Origin: Wickerhamiella versatilis
Lineage: Eukaryota
DNA: 64,000 nt
Assembly (NCBI GenBank): GCA_030867685.1
Contig: JAQOWU010000008.1
Location: 620,001 to 684,000, forward strand
Direction: 5' to 3'
Shown here in pieces: positions 10,401 through 19,029 of this stretch. Below the pieces are notes generated by a model. The model worked only from the letters and a program-made list of their open reading frames with translations. It was not told the origin of the DNA and searched no databases. Every line of letters begins with the position of its first letter. The first letter of the stretch is position 1. The translations under genes and the position numbers were made by a program.

Positions 10401-13400
10401 CCTACTACTCGGCACGCCTTACGTCTTGCGCCCGCGCGACCTCTCATTTCCATACCACGTAGCAGCACTGGAACAACAAGTGCGAGACTGGGACTATCGA
10501 CGAAGTGTACGAAACGCGTCTTAAGTAGACTATCCAAAGCAGCTTCTGTTTTAGCAGGTGGGTCGGAAATAGCTTCAAGAAGAGGCTGAACACATGCCTT
10601 TATTTCTGGGTTTTCAATAACGTCACCGAAGCTGCGAAGCGCTGCCTTTGCAGCTGATCTCACTTCCTTGTGTGTATCACCCAATGCTTGACCAAGTTCA
10701 GGCACCACTACCTGTAATGACGTCGCAAGTTGGCGCGGCCCTAAATAAGCCATAGTTCCTAGAAGCTCTACTGCACCCTTCTTGGCCCTCCATTGGCGAT
10801 CACCCATCCGATCGAGAGCAAGTGGAATGAGTTTCTTGACACCGAGCTGTGTAGTGTGTTGCATAACAGCTCTAGCTGCTGCATTGGCCGCATTGCGCAC
10901 ATTTATCTGGTGATCACCCAGGCCATGCAACACAAGATGCATGAACTCAAGTGCATATGGCTCGAAAATCTTGCCAAGTGTGTGTGCTAGTGCACCAACA
11001 AGCAACTGAGCACCCTCACGAGCAGGAACCTGTTTGTCTTCTACGCCTGCTTGGATGGTCTGAGCTATGCCAAAGTCGCCTATGGCTGTTAGCCCTAGAC
11101 CTTTGACGAGACCAGCCAGCCCCCATGCAGCACCACGCTCACCCTGAAGCACATTCCGCAATAAAACATCTGCAACATCACTCGTGTCAATCTTTTTAGC
11201 AAGCGGGGCAAGACATGATGCGACAGAAAGCTCTAAATTATCGGAACCCAAGTTTGCAACCAGTCTGTCTACAGCCTCTTGAACCCTTGCATCACCTTGA
11301 GGGAGGAACTGGGCCGCTGAGCCATAGAGAATAACATGTGCAGGCAAAGTATCGTCGGTAGCCAACGCAGACAGAAGCCCATCCGTTGCATGATGCGATG
11401 AAATCAAAGTCTTTCCAAATTCTAACGCTTGAGCAGCAACATTTGAATTTTTATCGCGCACTGCATCTACAACAAACTTTGCAAGTCTTATTGGGTTGCT
11501 TGAGTGTGACTGTAAAGACTGGAGTGCACATAGCACGCCACTTCTCACTTTCCAAGGGTCAATACGTGTTCCACGTATCTCGAGTCCGAATTCATCGACA
11601 ACCTTTGGCGCTTCACGATGCTCATTCCAAATGTTGAACAAGCGGTCAATAGTGGGCTCTATATTCCTGTCAGGGTTGAGAGATAGAGCCGCAACAGCAT
11701 AGGCTTTGCCAACCCATTCCCGTACTTCACAATCAAAGAAAGGTTCCAAGCTATCAAGAGCATTAGGAGGTAATTCCATTCTCGACTCTTCCCAGATGGA
11801 AGATGCCACTTCAGCGTTATCACTACTAAAGCGAGCTATCCAGATTTGCGGGCGGAATTCCGTCAAAACTACTTCTGCATCGATGATCTCAAGTGTTGTG
11901 GACCTCGCATATTCATTGGGTCCTATGGTTGTCTGAAGCATTGCTTGAAGTTCATATTCTTCAAAATAGACACCCTGAGCCACACGAGAAAGACAATCGC
12001 GCACACCTTGTGTACCAAGGAGGTCTAGAAGGCTGCTGATCAAATCGCCTCGAGGTATTTCTGCCAGCTGCTCTGCTTCAGTAGCCACTATGTCCAGAGC
12101 GAGCAAAAATGCTTCTTCATGGTCAGGATTAGCGATGCCATTTCGAAGAATTGGGAGAAGATATGCAAGTGAAACAGAATCCAATGGGGTCTGGTCCGCT
12201 AGGGACTTAGCACGGTATAACAAACGGACTAACTGTTCGGTAGGCTTTGAGGCCAAAATAACCTTGGACAATAAAAACTGGAAATTAGAACCGAACCGCG
12301 CAACATTACGAGCCATACCTTGAAGACAATCAGAAGCCATTTGGCCCATAGGGCTTCGGCTGGCCTCTAGAAGAAGTCTCACTGCCTCTGGGAACCATAC
12401 TACTGCCCCTGTGTCTGTCCCATTCGCTTGAGCCAAGCTTAATGTCGTGAGTGCAGCACATGCATGACGTTGAGGCTCCAGTCCAGCTATCTCAACGGAA
12501 TCATTATTACTATTCTTGCTTTCTGCCGCATGCTTTTTGGCAATTTCAGCACGCACCTGTGCATCCCAATCTTCCAAGGATTTACTATTCTGGGATTTCT
12601 TCGGCTTGACTTGTTCAACTTTTTCCTTAGGAACCTCCAGAGGTTTTAAATCCGGTGACAATCGGGCAACTATCGCCTTTGGAACCACATCAGGTGCAAC
12701 AAACGCAATAGTTGTTAGCGCATTGAAAACTTTTGAATCAAGTGATTCCTCTATTATATCCTCATAATTCTTGCGAACAACATCACCGGGATCTAGTCCA
12801 GATTGAAGACATAGTCTGATCCAGTCACATTGACAAGCATGCGCGAGCACACAGACCCTGGGAATTGCTTCCGGTGAACCTGCAAATGCGCCCATAAGTG
12901 CTTTCGGATTCTTCACTTTTTTCGCGATATCAACCAGAGGACAACCCAGAGATGATGGATGAGCTGATATAACTTCAGACAACAGCTTTCTGGTGGAAAG
13001 CTGAGACTTTATAGGCCCCGTGCTGGCCACATGAGCCAGGAGAGGCAGGGCGTATGGATCACCAGTGTGCCTTAAAGTCTTAGCAGCTGCCAGAGCCGCA
13101 ACATCATAATCCTCAGGTACTAGATGCTCATATTCTTTGTATAAGGCCACAGAAGGTTCTGCCGCTCCTAAAAGCTCTGCCGCAAATGACGCACCAAGCC
13201 CCGATGCTGCAATCGGCGAGCTGACGATTTGGTCATGCACCGAACGCAATATCTGTTTCAATTCCTCGGGTGTCTCTGCCACGGACAAAAGGGCGTAAGC
13301 CCACTCTCTTCTTAACGGTGGACGCGAGTTTAGGCCAAGCTTAAAAGCCTGTACCGCTCTGTCCCGGGGTAGCAAACGCCCTAATGCATGAGTGAAAGGA

Positions 13401-14494
13401 ACTATACCTGCCTCTGTCACTTCCTTAGACGCTGCAGTAGCTAAAGCATCCGCCAATTTATCACTAGGTTCACCATCCTCCAATATATAGGCTGCTAATG
13501 CCGCCTCTTTCCGCTGTGAAAGTAAAGGCAACACCTTATCAGTCTCCGATGGGCATTTCTGAATTATCTTCCTCCAAACACGCTGTGCAGCATGCCTAGT
13601 CTTCTCATTTGATGACGAAAGGCTCGACTTCAAGCTTGGGCTTAAAGCATTGGCAAGAGATGTTATATTCAAAGCTTTCACACGCTCGAGAATGCTTGGA
13701 AGTACCTCGGGCAATATTGTCTCTGGAGAACGTAGTACACTACGTTGTAGCGCTGGGACAAAATTTTCAAATTGTGCCTGTTCCACTAGCTCAAACATTG
13801 GGGATAACGCATGTACAAATGACGAATCCAACTTTTTAGCCTGCAAAACCTCTTGAGAATAGTTCTCAAGCCATTTATCTATATGATTCTTGAGCTCTGA
13901 CTCACGAGGTAACCCGGCAAGGGCCTCGGCCAACTGAGCAACAACAAGTAAGTCACTCCAAGTGCTCAGTGGTCTTTTGGATGCTGCCTTGCGAAGGCTT
14001 GCTCGTGTATGCCGCAATGCACTATTTTCAAGATGTCTTCGTGATATCGTAACTGCTTTACGCAATAAATCTGCCTGTAATTTCACAAGAGGCTCAATAT
14101 TAGGAGCCTCCGTAGTTTCCAGCACTCCGTTGACCCAGTCTAAGTAAAGAACATAGTCCGAAGGAGCCTGTGAGGAGGGCAGATTCCTAAAAGCAGTCAA
14201 TACTTGATCATAGTCTACTAGACAAGCACGCTCGAGAGAGCTCTGCGATAATTTTCTCAAAGCCCCGCTATCGCTAATGACGGGCCCTAGCTTGACGACC
14301 TCTATAGGCGGACAATCACTCTCAAGCAAGTCCACCAGCGTTCTTCGATCCATCGCACTGCTCACCAAGCAGGTGTGTAATAAGCCGTCGCTGGGATTTT
14401 TTTCACTCATCACAACTAAACCAGTCGATGATGAATGATGAATAAATCCTTGAAGTTCGCCACTTGAGGCATGGACAGTGTAGAGATCTGGCAT
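7403..14494 (-). CDS. GCN1: HEAT-repeat translational activator of Gcn2
   Basis: QWRAKKGAVELLGTMAY, FVHFVDSPSLAL, Gcn2-binding TGPLIRVVGER, LRPFLPQLQRTFVKSL. The true start may be a downstream Met (e.g. MDRRTL). Confidence 0.96.
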   Translation of the reverse strand: MPDLYTVHASSGELQGFIHHSSSTGLVVMSEKNPSDGLLHTCLVSSAMDRRTLVDLLESDCPPIEVVKLGPVISDSGALRKLSQSSLERACLVDYDQVLTAFRNLPSSQAPSDYVLYLDWVNGVLETTEAPNIEPLVKLQADLLRKAVTISRRHLENSALRHTRASLRKAASKRPLSTWSDLLVVAQLAEALAGLPRESELKNHIDKWLENYSQEVLQAKKLDSSFVHALSPMFELVEQAQFENFVPALQRSVLRSPETILPEVLPSILERVKALNITSLANALSPSLKSSLSSSNEKTRHAAQRVWRKIIQKCPSETDKVLPLLSQRKEAALAAYILEDGEPSDKLADALATAASKEVTEAGIVPFTHALGRLLPRDRAVQAFKLGLNSRPPLRREWAYALLSVAETPEELKQILRSVHDQIVSSPIAASGLGASFAAELLGAAEPSVALYKEYEHLVPEDYDVAALAAAKTLRHTGDPYALPLLAHVASTGPIKSQLSTRKLLSEVISAHPSSLGCPLVDIAKKVKNPKALMGAFAGSPEAIPRVCVLAHACQCDWIRLCLQSGLDPGDVVRKNYEDIIEESLDSKVFNALTTIAFVAPDVVPKAIVARLSPDLKPLEVPKEKVEQVKPKKSQNSKSLEDWDAQVRAEIAKKHAAESKNSNNDSVEIAGLEPQRHACAALTTLSLAQANGTDTGAVVWFPEAVRLLLEASRSPMGQMASDCLQGMARNVARFGSNFQFLLSKVILASKPTEQLVRLLYRAKSLADQTPLDSVSLAYLLPILRNGIANPDHEEAFLLALDIVATEAEQLAEIPRGDLISSLLDLLGTQGVRDCLSRVAQGVYFEEYELQAMLQTTIGPNEYARSTTLEIIDAEVVLTEFRPQIWIARFSSDNAEVASSIWEESRMELPPNALDSLEPFFDCEVREWVGKAYAVAALSLNPDRNIEPTIDRLFNIWNEHREAPKVVDEFGLEIRGTRIDPWKVRSGVLCALQSLQSHSSNPIRLAKFVVDAVRDKNSNVAAQALEFGKTLISSHHATDGLLSALATDDTLPAHVILYGSAAQFLPQGDARVQEAVDRLVANLGSDNLELSVASCLAPLAKKIDTSDVADVLLRNVLQGERGAAWGLAGLVKGLGLTAIGDFGIAQTIQAGVEDKQVPAREGAQLLVGALAHTLGKIFEPYALEFMHLVLHGLGDHQINVRNAANAAARAVMQHTTQLGVKKLIPLALDRMGDRQWRAKKGAVELLGTMAYLGPRQLATSLQVVVPELGQALGDTHKEVRSAAKAALRSFGDVIENPEIKACVQPLLEAISDPPAKTEAALDSLLKTRFVHFVDSPSLALVVPVLLRGMEMRGRAGARRKACRVVGSMSILTTQNDLVPYLPRLLPDLREAMIDPVPATSATASKALGVLVEKLGEAHFPTVIPDLLAALKDPSRSADRMGSAQGLAEVLHGLGTSRLTEVMPELLAGWTSRQVHVRLGFAPLLLMLPTVFGPQLTPFFGDLVDPIVSGLGDSDTNVRETSLKAGRRLVRNYATKARDVLLPQLESGLGDSNWRLRLGSVELVGDLLLQLAGQGREDTVNIAEAAPGDAEEAEEAADAAADEAVQREEEEDTEDQSTVPEAAAAAEFPHRDRVLSMLFICRADVVSAVRHAAVETWMSIVQNTPRTVRSILSTLVRTLVRRLSDSDPETRENAARALAELVRRVAGALDAVLPTLESLASDPAAREGVCLGLAALVPSTPVDVLQSYSDRVTRLVRSCLTDRSSGIREAASRALEALHNALGDDVAGDLLPSLVEQTCSGDKGALAALEEMLNTAPQTFGMVVPTLLRTGDVGMTEERAAAIATLAEVAGPDEVRQHAERIVDALMPFTDQLDAVLAVEAPQSHLLTIARSDSTKRPVILARMAILYSKGHVDFVYTADWLHTAILALEEPLAEAQAFIEAVIASLPKEELSKLVQPGYRALHMTNTPLAGLHTSVKFMLPLFVSGLTADREAAALALADIVVKSSPEALRSCVTQLTGPLIRVVGERASPEARAAILGTLGTLLNRIPMLLRPFLPQLQRTFVKSLADTSPEVRQQATAAMAELIPLQPRADALSKELISGVEGTEDVGIRLSMLTSLHTLVVKSGDKLSEQQKEKAADLAASINGSPKEIALAARIAAATGSAGATDSANVELPQVLAANAKLVDAPESARETAGNLLATLSEGSMSETSTIAENSVVGLAKYILTPNMPDVSDALHALVKVIPKSDTRSNDARRLAILALGAAADADPAVLDPFLDELVPPLFGAVRETSLPVKLAAERTFYCVFDFGRQATTRFDAWMERFGPKLEPQTLQRSIPEYVRRVALRRSPPPEDLDELWVVGI

Positions 14495-14714
14495 CTTTCA
14501 CCACCCTTTCGCCAGAGAGTTTTTTCTGAGGCTGCTACTAGACACTAGTTTTCTACGTTTTTTTTGCTCCATCAAATAGCGTCGTATTTATGTCGCTTGA
14601 AGGTTTTTAATCTATCTATTAAATTATAGAAAAGTATTTGGTCCGTTTTAAGAAGGTCTCAGGCCAGGACTGTGCAGCTAACTCCGGCAGGTGTGCGGGA
14701 GTAACTCAGCTGAC

Positions 14715-15662
14715 ATGGAAGTGGCAGCACTTTCGCTGCTCGAGGCCTGCGTCACGTATCCTTTAGAGTACCTGAAGGTGCGAGAGCAAATCGCTATCCG
14801 ACCACATGGCGTATTCTCTCAGCGGCTCACCATCCCAAACTACACGACTGTGGGATTGACAGGGGTGTTGCCATATGCCACAGGTAACTTTATGCGTGCC
14901 AGCACGAGGGTCCTGGGGCTTCATAGCTTCTATACGTTATCTGGAGGTAATCCTGTCTTAGCGGGGCTCTTATCAGCATTGGCTGAGGGCGCAGTCATGG
15001 TCCCCTTCGAGTCCGCGAAAACTGCACTAATAGAGTCATCCGCAGTGGGTAAAGGAGCCGCATCTCAGGGAGCCTTGCCTGTGCCGGGCTCTAAGGGCAC
15101 CATAGCAGTGTCAAGATTTAAAAATCCTGCCAGCGAAACCACGAAACCCCCTGGTGTACAGAGACGGGTTGTGAGGCCCCGCGCAGCACCACCGGCTCAA
15201 CAAAGCCTTCACGAAGTATTACCAATAACAAAAATAATTCCTCAATTACGCCAAATGTATAGCCAGCGGGGCCTCAGAGCATTTTTTCAAGGCTTTAATC
15301 CCCTGATCTGCCGAGAAATTACCATGGCTGGACTTCGATATGCTACGTTCGGATTATATGCCAAAGTCACTGCTTCAGGCGTGAATAAATTGACGCTAAC
15401 CCAGACAATAGTGGGTTCCGGACTAATTTCCATGGCACAAACTGCCATAACACAACCATTGGATACAATCGTGGCCCGAACACAAACCTCTAATGGTCTA
15501 AAGCTCTATGGCTCTTCCCTCCTTTGCGTGTACCGAATTATCACTGAAGAAGGGGCAACACGACTATGGGCAGGATCCCTTGCCCGTTTCTTAAAGCTTT
15601 GGCTGGGTGGAACATTGACCTGGGCGGCCCTCACCCAGCTCCAGAGAGCGCAACAGAACTGA
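14715..15662 (+). CDS. Mitochondrial carrier family protein (divergent, YFR045W/MRX20-like)
   Basis: Three carrier signatures YPLEYLK, VPFESAK, QPLDTIVAR, with an insertion after repeat 2; first ATG at 14715. Confidence 0.8.
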   Translation: MEVAALSLLEACVTYPLEYLKVREQIAIRPHGVFSQRLTIPNYTTVGLTGVLPYATGNFMRASTRVLGLHSFYTLSGGNPVLAGLLSALAEGAVMVPFESAKTALIESSAVGKGAASQGALPVPGSKGTIAVSRFKNPASETTKPPGVQRRVVRPRAAPPAQQSLHEVLPITKIIPQLRQMYSQRGLRAFFQGFNPLICREITMAGLRYATFGLYAKVTASGVNKLTLTQTIVGSGLISMAQTAITQPLDTIVARTQTSNGLKLYGSSLLCVYRIITEEGATRLWAGSLARFLKLWLGGTLTWAALTQLQRAQQN

Positions 15663-15679
15663 TCCGTCACATTCATAGC

Positions 15680-15707
15680 CACACACACACACACATGTAT
15701 ATATATA
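15680..15707. repeat. Compound microsatellite (CA)8 TG (TA)5
   Basis: Read directly from the sequence, in the convergent 3' spacer. Confidence 0.85.
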
Positions 15708-15887
15708 GATACAAGGTAATACATAATTACTTTTTTACTGAGGGTGAATCTCGATGATCCTTGGATTATGAAAGGTGTTTTGTATCGGAAGGCAAATATA
15801 TAAAGCGATTACTTTTTTAAAACCAGCACCATCAAAATATGGGCAGAAATAAATTTACAGCGAATAATAAATATTTGCGGATGGTGC

Positions 15888-16904
15888 TCAGGGGGTGGAA
15901 ACAGCTGCCACATCATGACGAAAGCAACAGCGCTCATTATACGAACAAGACCCTGTCTTTACCCAGTTTTGGCACGGCTTAGAACGCCACTTCGGCGGAC
16001 GATCGACTGCCTTGAGTTCTTCCCTGCCATGGGCAAACTGGCACTTTTCTCCATAAGGGCAGTTCCCCCCTGTACTCATGTACGATGCGCAGAGTTCTGT
16101 TTTATAGAGTTCAGTGTTGGTGCTTGGGCGACCATTCTTCTTAGTAGGTCGAGAGTTAGTGTTAGAGCTGCGATTTACACGGTGCGAGTGGCCCTGATTG
16201 CCAGTCGCGGCACCATTTGGGGCAGCACCCGCCGGGGCAACCCCGGCACCACTGGAACTCGGAAGCTGTGTGGTGGTAGGTACAGCACCAACCGCTGCCG
16301 CAGATACAGGTTTCAGTCCTGGGGAGTCCCAGAAGTAGCGGTTCTGCGGCTGAAAGATTGGCGCACCTGTCTTTCCCGCAAACCCGGCAGTACCTGGGCG
16401 AGGGCCCCAAATGCCGGGAGAGAACTGGGCGACCGTGGCACCCGTCTGGTATGTAGGTGAGTTACTCGGTGTTAGATTCAAAATCGGCGGCACGGGTGCC
16501 TGTGCACCAGGGGCTGTTACCGGCACCGAGTTCGATGATGCGCCCGAAGGCACACCTACCGGTCCGTGGGCAGAGCCTACAGGGGCAACTACAGGCGAAC
16601 CTACAGCACCAACGCTGGAAATGCTGTCCGCATGACGCAAGGCGGCGGGTTGCGACCAAAGGGACGAAAAACCTTTGCTGCTCCCTGGTGGCGACCCGCC
16701 CAACCGTTGCTGCGAAACTGTTGCTCCCAGCGCTGGACTTGCACTTGAGGCAGGCACTGACGATGCAGGTGCACTGCTTGCCGCAGAATATAATTTAGAA
16801 GGATGTTGCAGACCCCACAAATCTGATAGAGGTGCACAGTGTGACGACGTGTCATTCAACGATGCCGACATATCTGGCAGATGTCTATGCGACGCTGTGG
16901 CCAT
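15888..16904 (-). CDS. Tandem CCCH zinc-finger mRNA decay factor (Cth1/Cth2/TIS11/TTP family)
   Basis: LYKTELC-x9-C-x5-C-x3-H and WRSKPC-x8-C-x5-C-x3-H at the C-terminus. First ATG at 16904; the frame stays open upstream to a TTG at 17003. Confidence 0.9.
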   Translation of the reverse strand: MATASHRHLPDMSASLNDTSSHCAPLSDLWGLQHPSKLYSAASSAPASSVPASSASPALGATVSQQRLGGSPPGSSKGFSSLWSQPAALRHADSISSVGAVGSPVVAPVGSAHGPVGVPSGASSNSVPVTAPGAQAPVPPILNLTPSNSPTYQTGATVAQFSPGIWGPRPGTAGFAGKTGAPIFQPQNRYFWDSPGLKPVSAAAVGAVPTTTQLPSSSGAGVAPAGAAPNGAATGNQGHSHRVNRSSNTNSRPTKKNGRPSTNTELYKTELCASYMSTGGNCPYGEKCQFAHGREELKAVDRPPKWRSKPCQNWVKTGSCSYNERCCFRHDVAAVSTP

Positions 16905-17056
16905 ATTTTCAATCTTTTTGTGTCCTAACTCTTCTCCAGTTAATCCGACGCCAGCACTGTTCTCAAGCGCCGTCACCGAACCAAAGTTAGTTGGGTGACC
17001 CAATGATGAAAAATCTTAGGCTGGAAGGGAGTGAGTTTCTTAAGGCTTCGGAAATG

Positions 17057-17065
17057 ATGAGTCAT
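17057..17065. promoter_or_regulatory. Perfect Gcn4/AP-1 site ATGAGTCAT upstream of the CTH-like gene
   Basis: GATGAGTCATC palindrome about 150 bp upstream of the ATG. Confidence 0.5.
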
Positions 17066-17764
17066 CAGGGTGAGAACCATCATAATGCTGACAATACCTG
17101 CTTGCTCAGTGTTGCCTACTTAGCGACAATATTTATTACTCTAATAGTTAAAGGATCATCCGATTTAGGAAAGTATCATGAGATTGCTACGATAAGGAAA
17201 AGCTGCCAAACGTAGTGAGTTGAGCACTCATCCGAAGCCGGATGACTATTCTCAGCCCTAACCGCCTACGCTCCACGGTAATTGGGACTCGATCAACCAA
17301 TCAATCAATATAATTTGGCATAGCCAGTAGGAATTGTGCCCCTATTCAAATTTTTGCGTGAACTTCAACCAGACAACAAGTAACTAACCTTAGTCGTCGA
17401 CCATGTCAGCGAACATGTTACATATTGTTAATAGTAGAACCAACCTCTAACAACGCAATCCATAACGGCGACCTTCGGGTAGGGCTTGCTTCGCCTGGGG
17501 CAGGACCTTTCTTTGAAGAGGCATTGTCAATTTATTCGATTCTCAAAAAAATAATTAGCGAGTAATTTTAAAAATCAATTTGCTAGCAGGCAATGCACGT
17601 CTTCCGCATGCAACCCTATTACAACGGCGTAATTCATCCAACTCTCCATACATCTATAATCCTTTTATAAATCTACTTTCATGCATACGCCTTGCATACG
17701 CAGTTCTGTCCCTTTTAGCCCCTAGAGCTATTTATGGACGAGATGAAAACCCAATCTGCAGGGT

Positions 17765-18046
17765 CTACGAGGTTGCAGTCATAGGAAGTGCGAAGCGCGG
17801 AGCCTGTGGCCGCGGTCCATCTTCAGCATATGCAGTAACAATCCTATCTCCTCGCAACAGCACAAGGCCCAATCCTCGAGACTCAACCTTTCCTGCTCGA
17901 GTGCGTCTGGTTTCCTGGACTTCGTCTAGTATAAGATTCATGTGTCGGTCGAAAGCAAGGAGTTTTCCGACTAGCTGGCGACCATCTAGAAGCACTACCC
18001 TTGTCGACTTATTTACTAGAGCTAGCAGCCGGGGCTTCGGTGCCAT
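17765..18046 (-). CDS. SMB1: snRNP core protein SmB (short, 93 aa)
   Basis: Sm1 DGRQLVGKLLAFDRHMNLIL and Sm2 RGLGLVLLRGDRIV; divergent from the CHZ1-like gene, as SMB1-CHZ1 are in S. cerevisiae. Confidence 0.85.
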   Translation of the reverse strand: MAPKPRLLALVNKSTRVVLLDGRQLVGKLLAFDRHMNLILDEVQETRRTRAGKVESRGLGLVLLRGDRIVTAYAEDGPRPQAPRFALPMTATS

Positions 18047-18141
18047 ATGTGCTAAAAAGCCAACTGAGAGGAGGTGCTTAGTCTGCACTACCTAAGTTGC
18101 CCACCACCACCTTTTTGCTATCCGCAACATCTCAAATTATA

Positions 18142-18885
18142 ATGGAGGCAGATAAAAGACATCTAGAAGATGATACCAACGTCCCATCAGCTAAACGACG
18201 AGAGACCGAAGAGCTTCAGAAGTCTACGGAGACCGAAGATCTCAAGAGCGGTGCTTTAGTTTCTGAGATTGGAGTGGAGGATTTGCCTAAAGACGCAAAG
18301 GTCTCTGATGCCAATGTCAGAGTCGAAGAGGCTTCGCCTGAAAAGGCTAATGATGGTGCAGTTGCGGAAGAACCTTCTCCTGAGGTAAAACCATCGGAGG
18401 AAAATCCCGCTGAAGAAAAGCCTGCCGAGGAAATTCCTAATGAAGAAAAGCCTGCTGAGGAAAAGCCTGTTGAGGAAAAGCCTGCCGAGGAAAAGCCTGC
18501 TGAGGAAAAGCCTGCCGAGGAAACCCCCGCTGAGGAAAAGCCTGCCGAGGAAAAGCCTGCCGAGGAAAAGCCCGCTGAGGAAAAGCCTACTGAGGAAAAG
18601 CCCGCTGAGGAAAAGCCTGCTGAGGAGAATCCTGCTGAGGAGGATTCAGACTCTGAGGAGCTGGACTCTGATGAGATGTCTTCCGAAGAGGATGATGATG
18701 ATGATAGCGATTTTGAGGAGGAGCTCGATGCACTCTCGGAACCCGATGTCGACGAGGGGCCACGCCGTCGAAACCGCGTTGACTATAAGAAAATATTAGA
18801 GGATATGGAGAAGGAGGGCGTCAAGGGCGATGACGACAATGACCGCGAATACCGCGATAAGCCTCGCCATCATCATCGCCACTAA
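18142..18885 (+). CDS. CHZ1: Acidic histone H2A.Z chaperone-like protein with EEKPA repeats
   Basis: Very acidic; C-terminal DALSEPDV...RRRNRVDYKK resembles the CHZ motif; synteny with SMB1. Confidence 0.6.
   Translation: MEADKRHLEDDTNVPSAKRRETEELQKSTETEDLKSGALVSEIGVEDLPKDAKVSDANVRVEEASPEKANDGAVAEEPSPEVKPSEENPAEEKPAEEIPNEEKPAEEKPVEEKPAEEKPAEEKPAEETPAEEKPAEEKPAEEKPAEEKPTEEKPAEEKPAEENPAEEDSDSEELDSDEMSSEEDDDDDSDFEEELDALSEPDVDEGPRRRNRVDYKKILEDMEKEGVKGDDDNDREYRDKPRHHHRH
18397..18636 (+). repeat. Coding minisatellite, 16 x 15 bp (GAGGAAAAGCCYGCY; EEKPA)
   Basis: Counted directly in the DNA and protein sequence. Confidence 0.95.
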
Positions 18886-19029
18886 ACTTTTCCACTCATA
18901 TAGTTTTTGTCTTAAAATATTAACTCTAATGTATGTTTACCGTTGAGGTGTGTCATCGTTTTTTCATGTACCGTTGAGGTTGACGCTAAGATAAGGTGCG
19001 GGCAGACTACCCGAATCGAATTAATCCTT

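Noticed and set aside
17003-17091. Plus-strand box C/D-like pattern (ATGATGA twice, CTGA)
   Set aside because: No terminal stem and no rRNA guide next to a D box; the second ATGATGA is explained by the Gcn4-type site.
18440-18799. RKSLL-repeat ORF
   Set aside because: Alternative reading frame of the EEKPA minisatellite.
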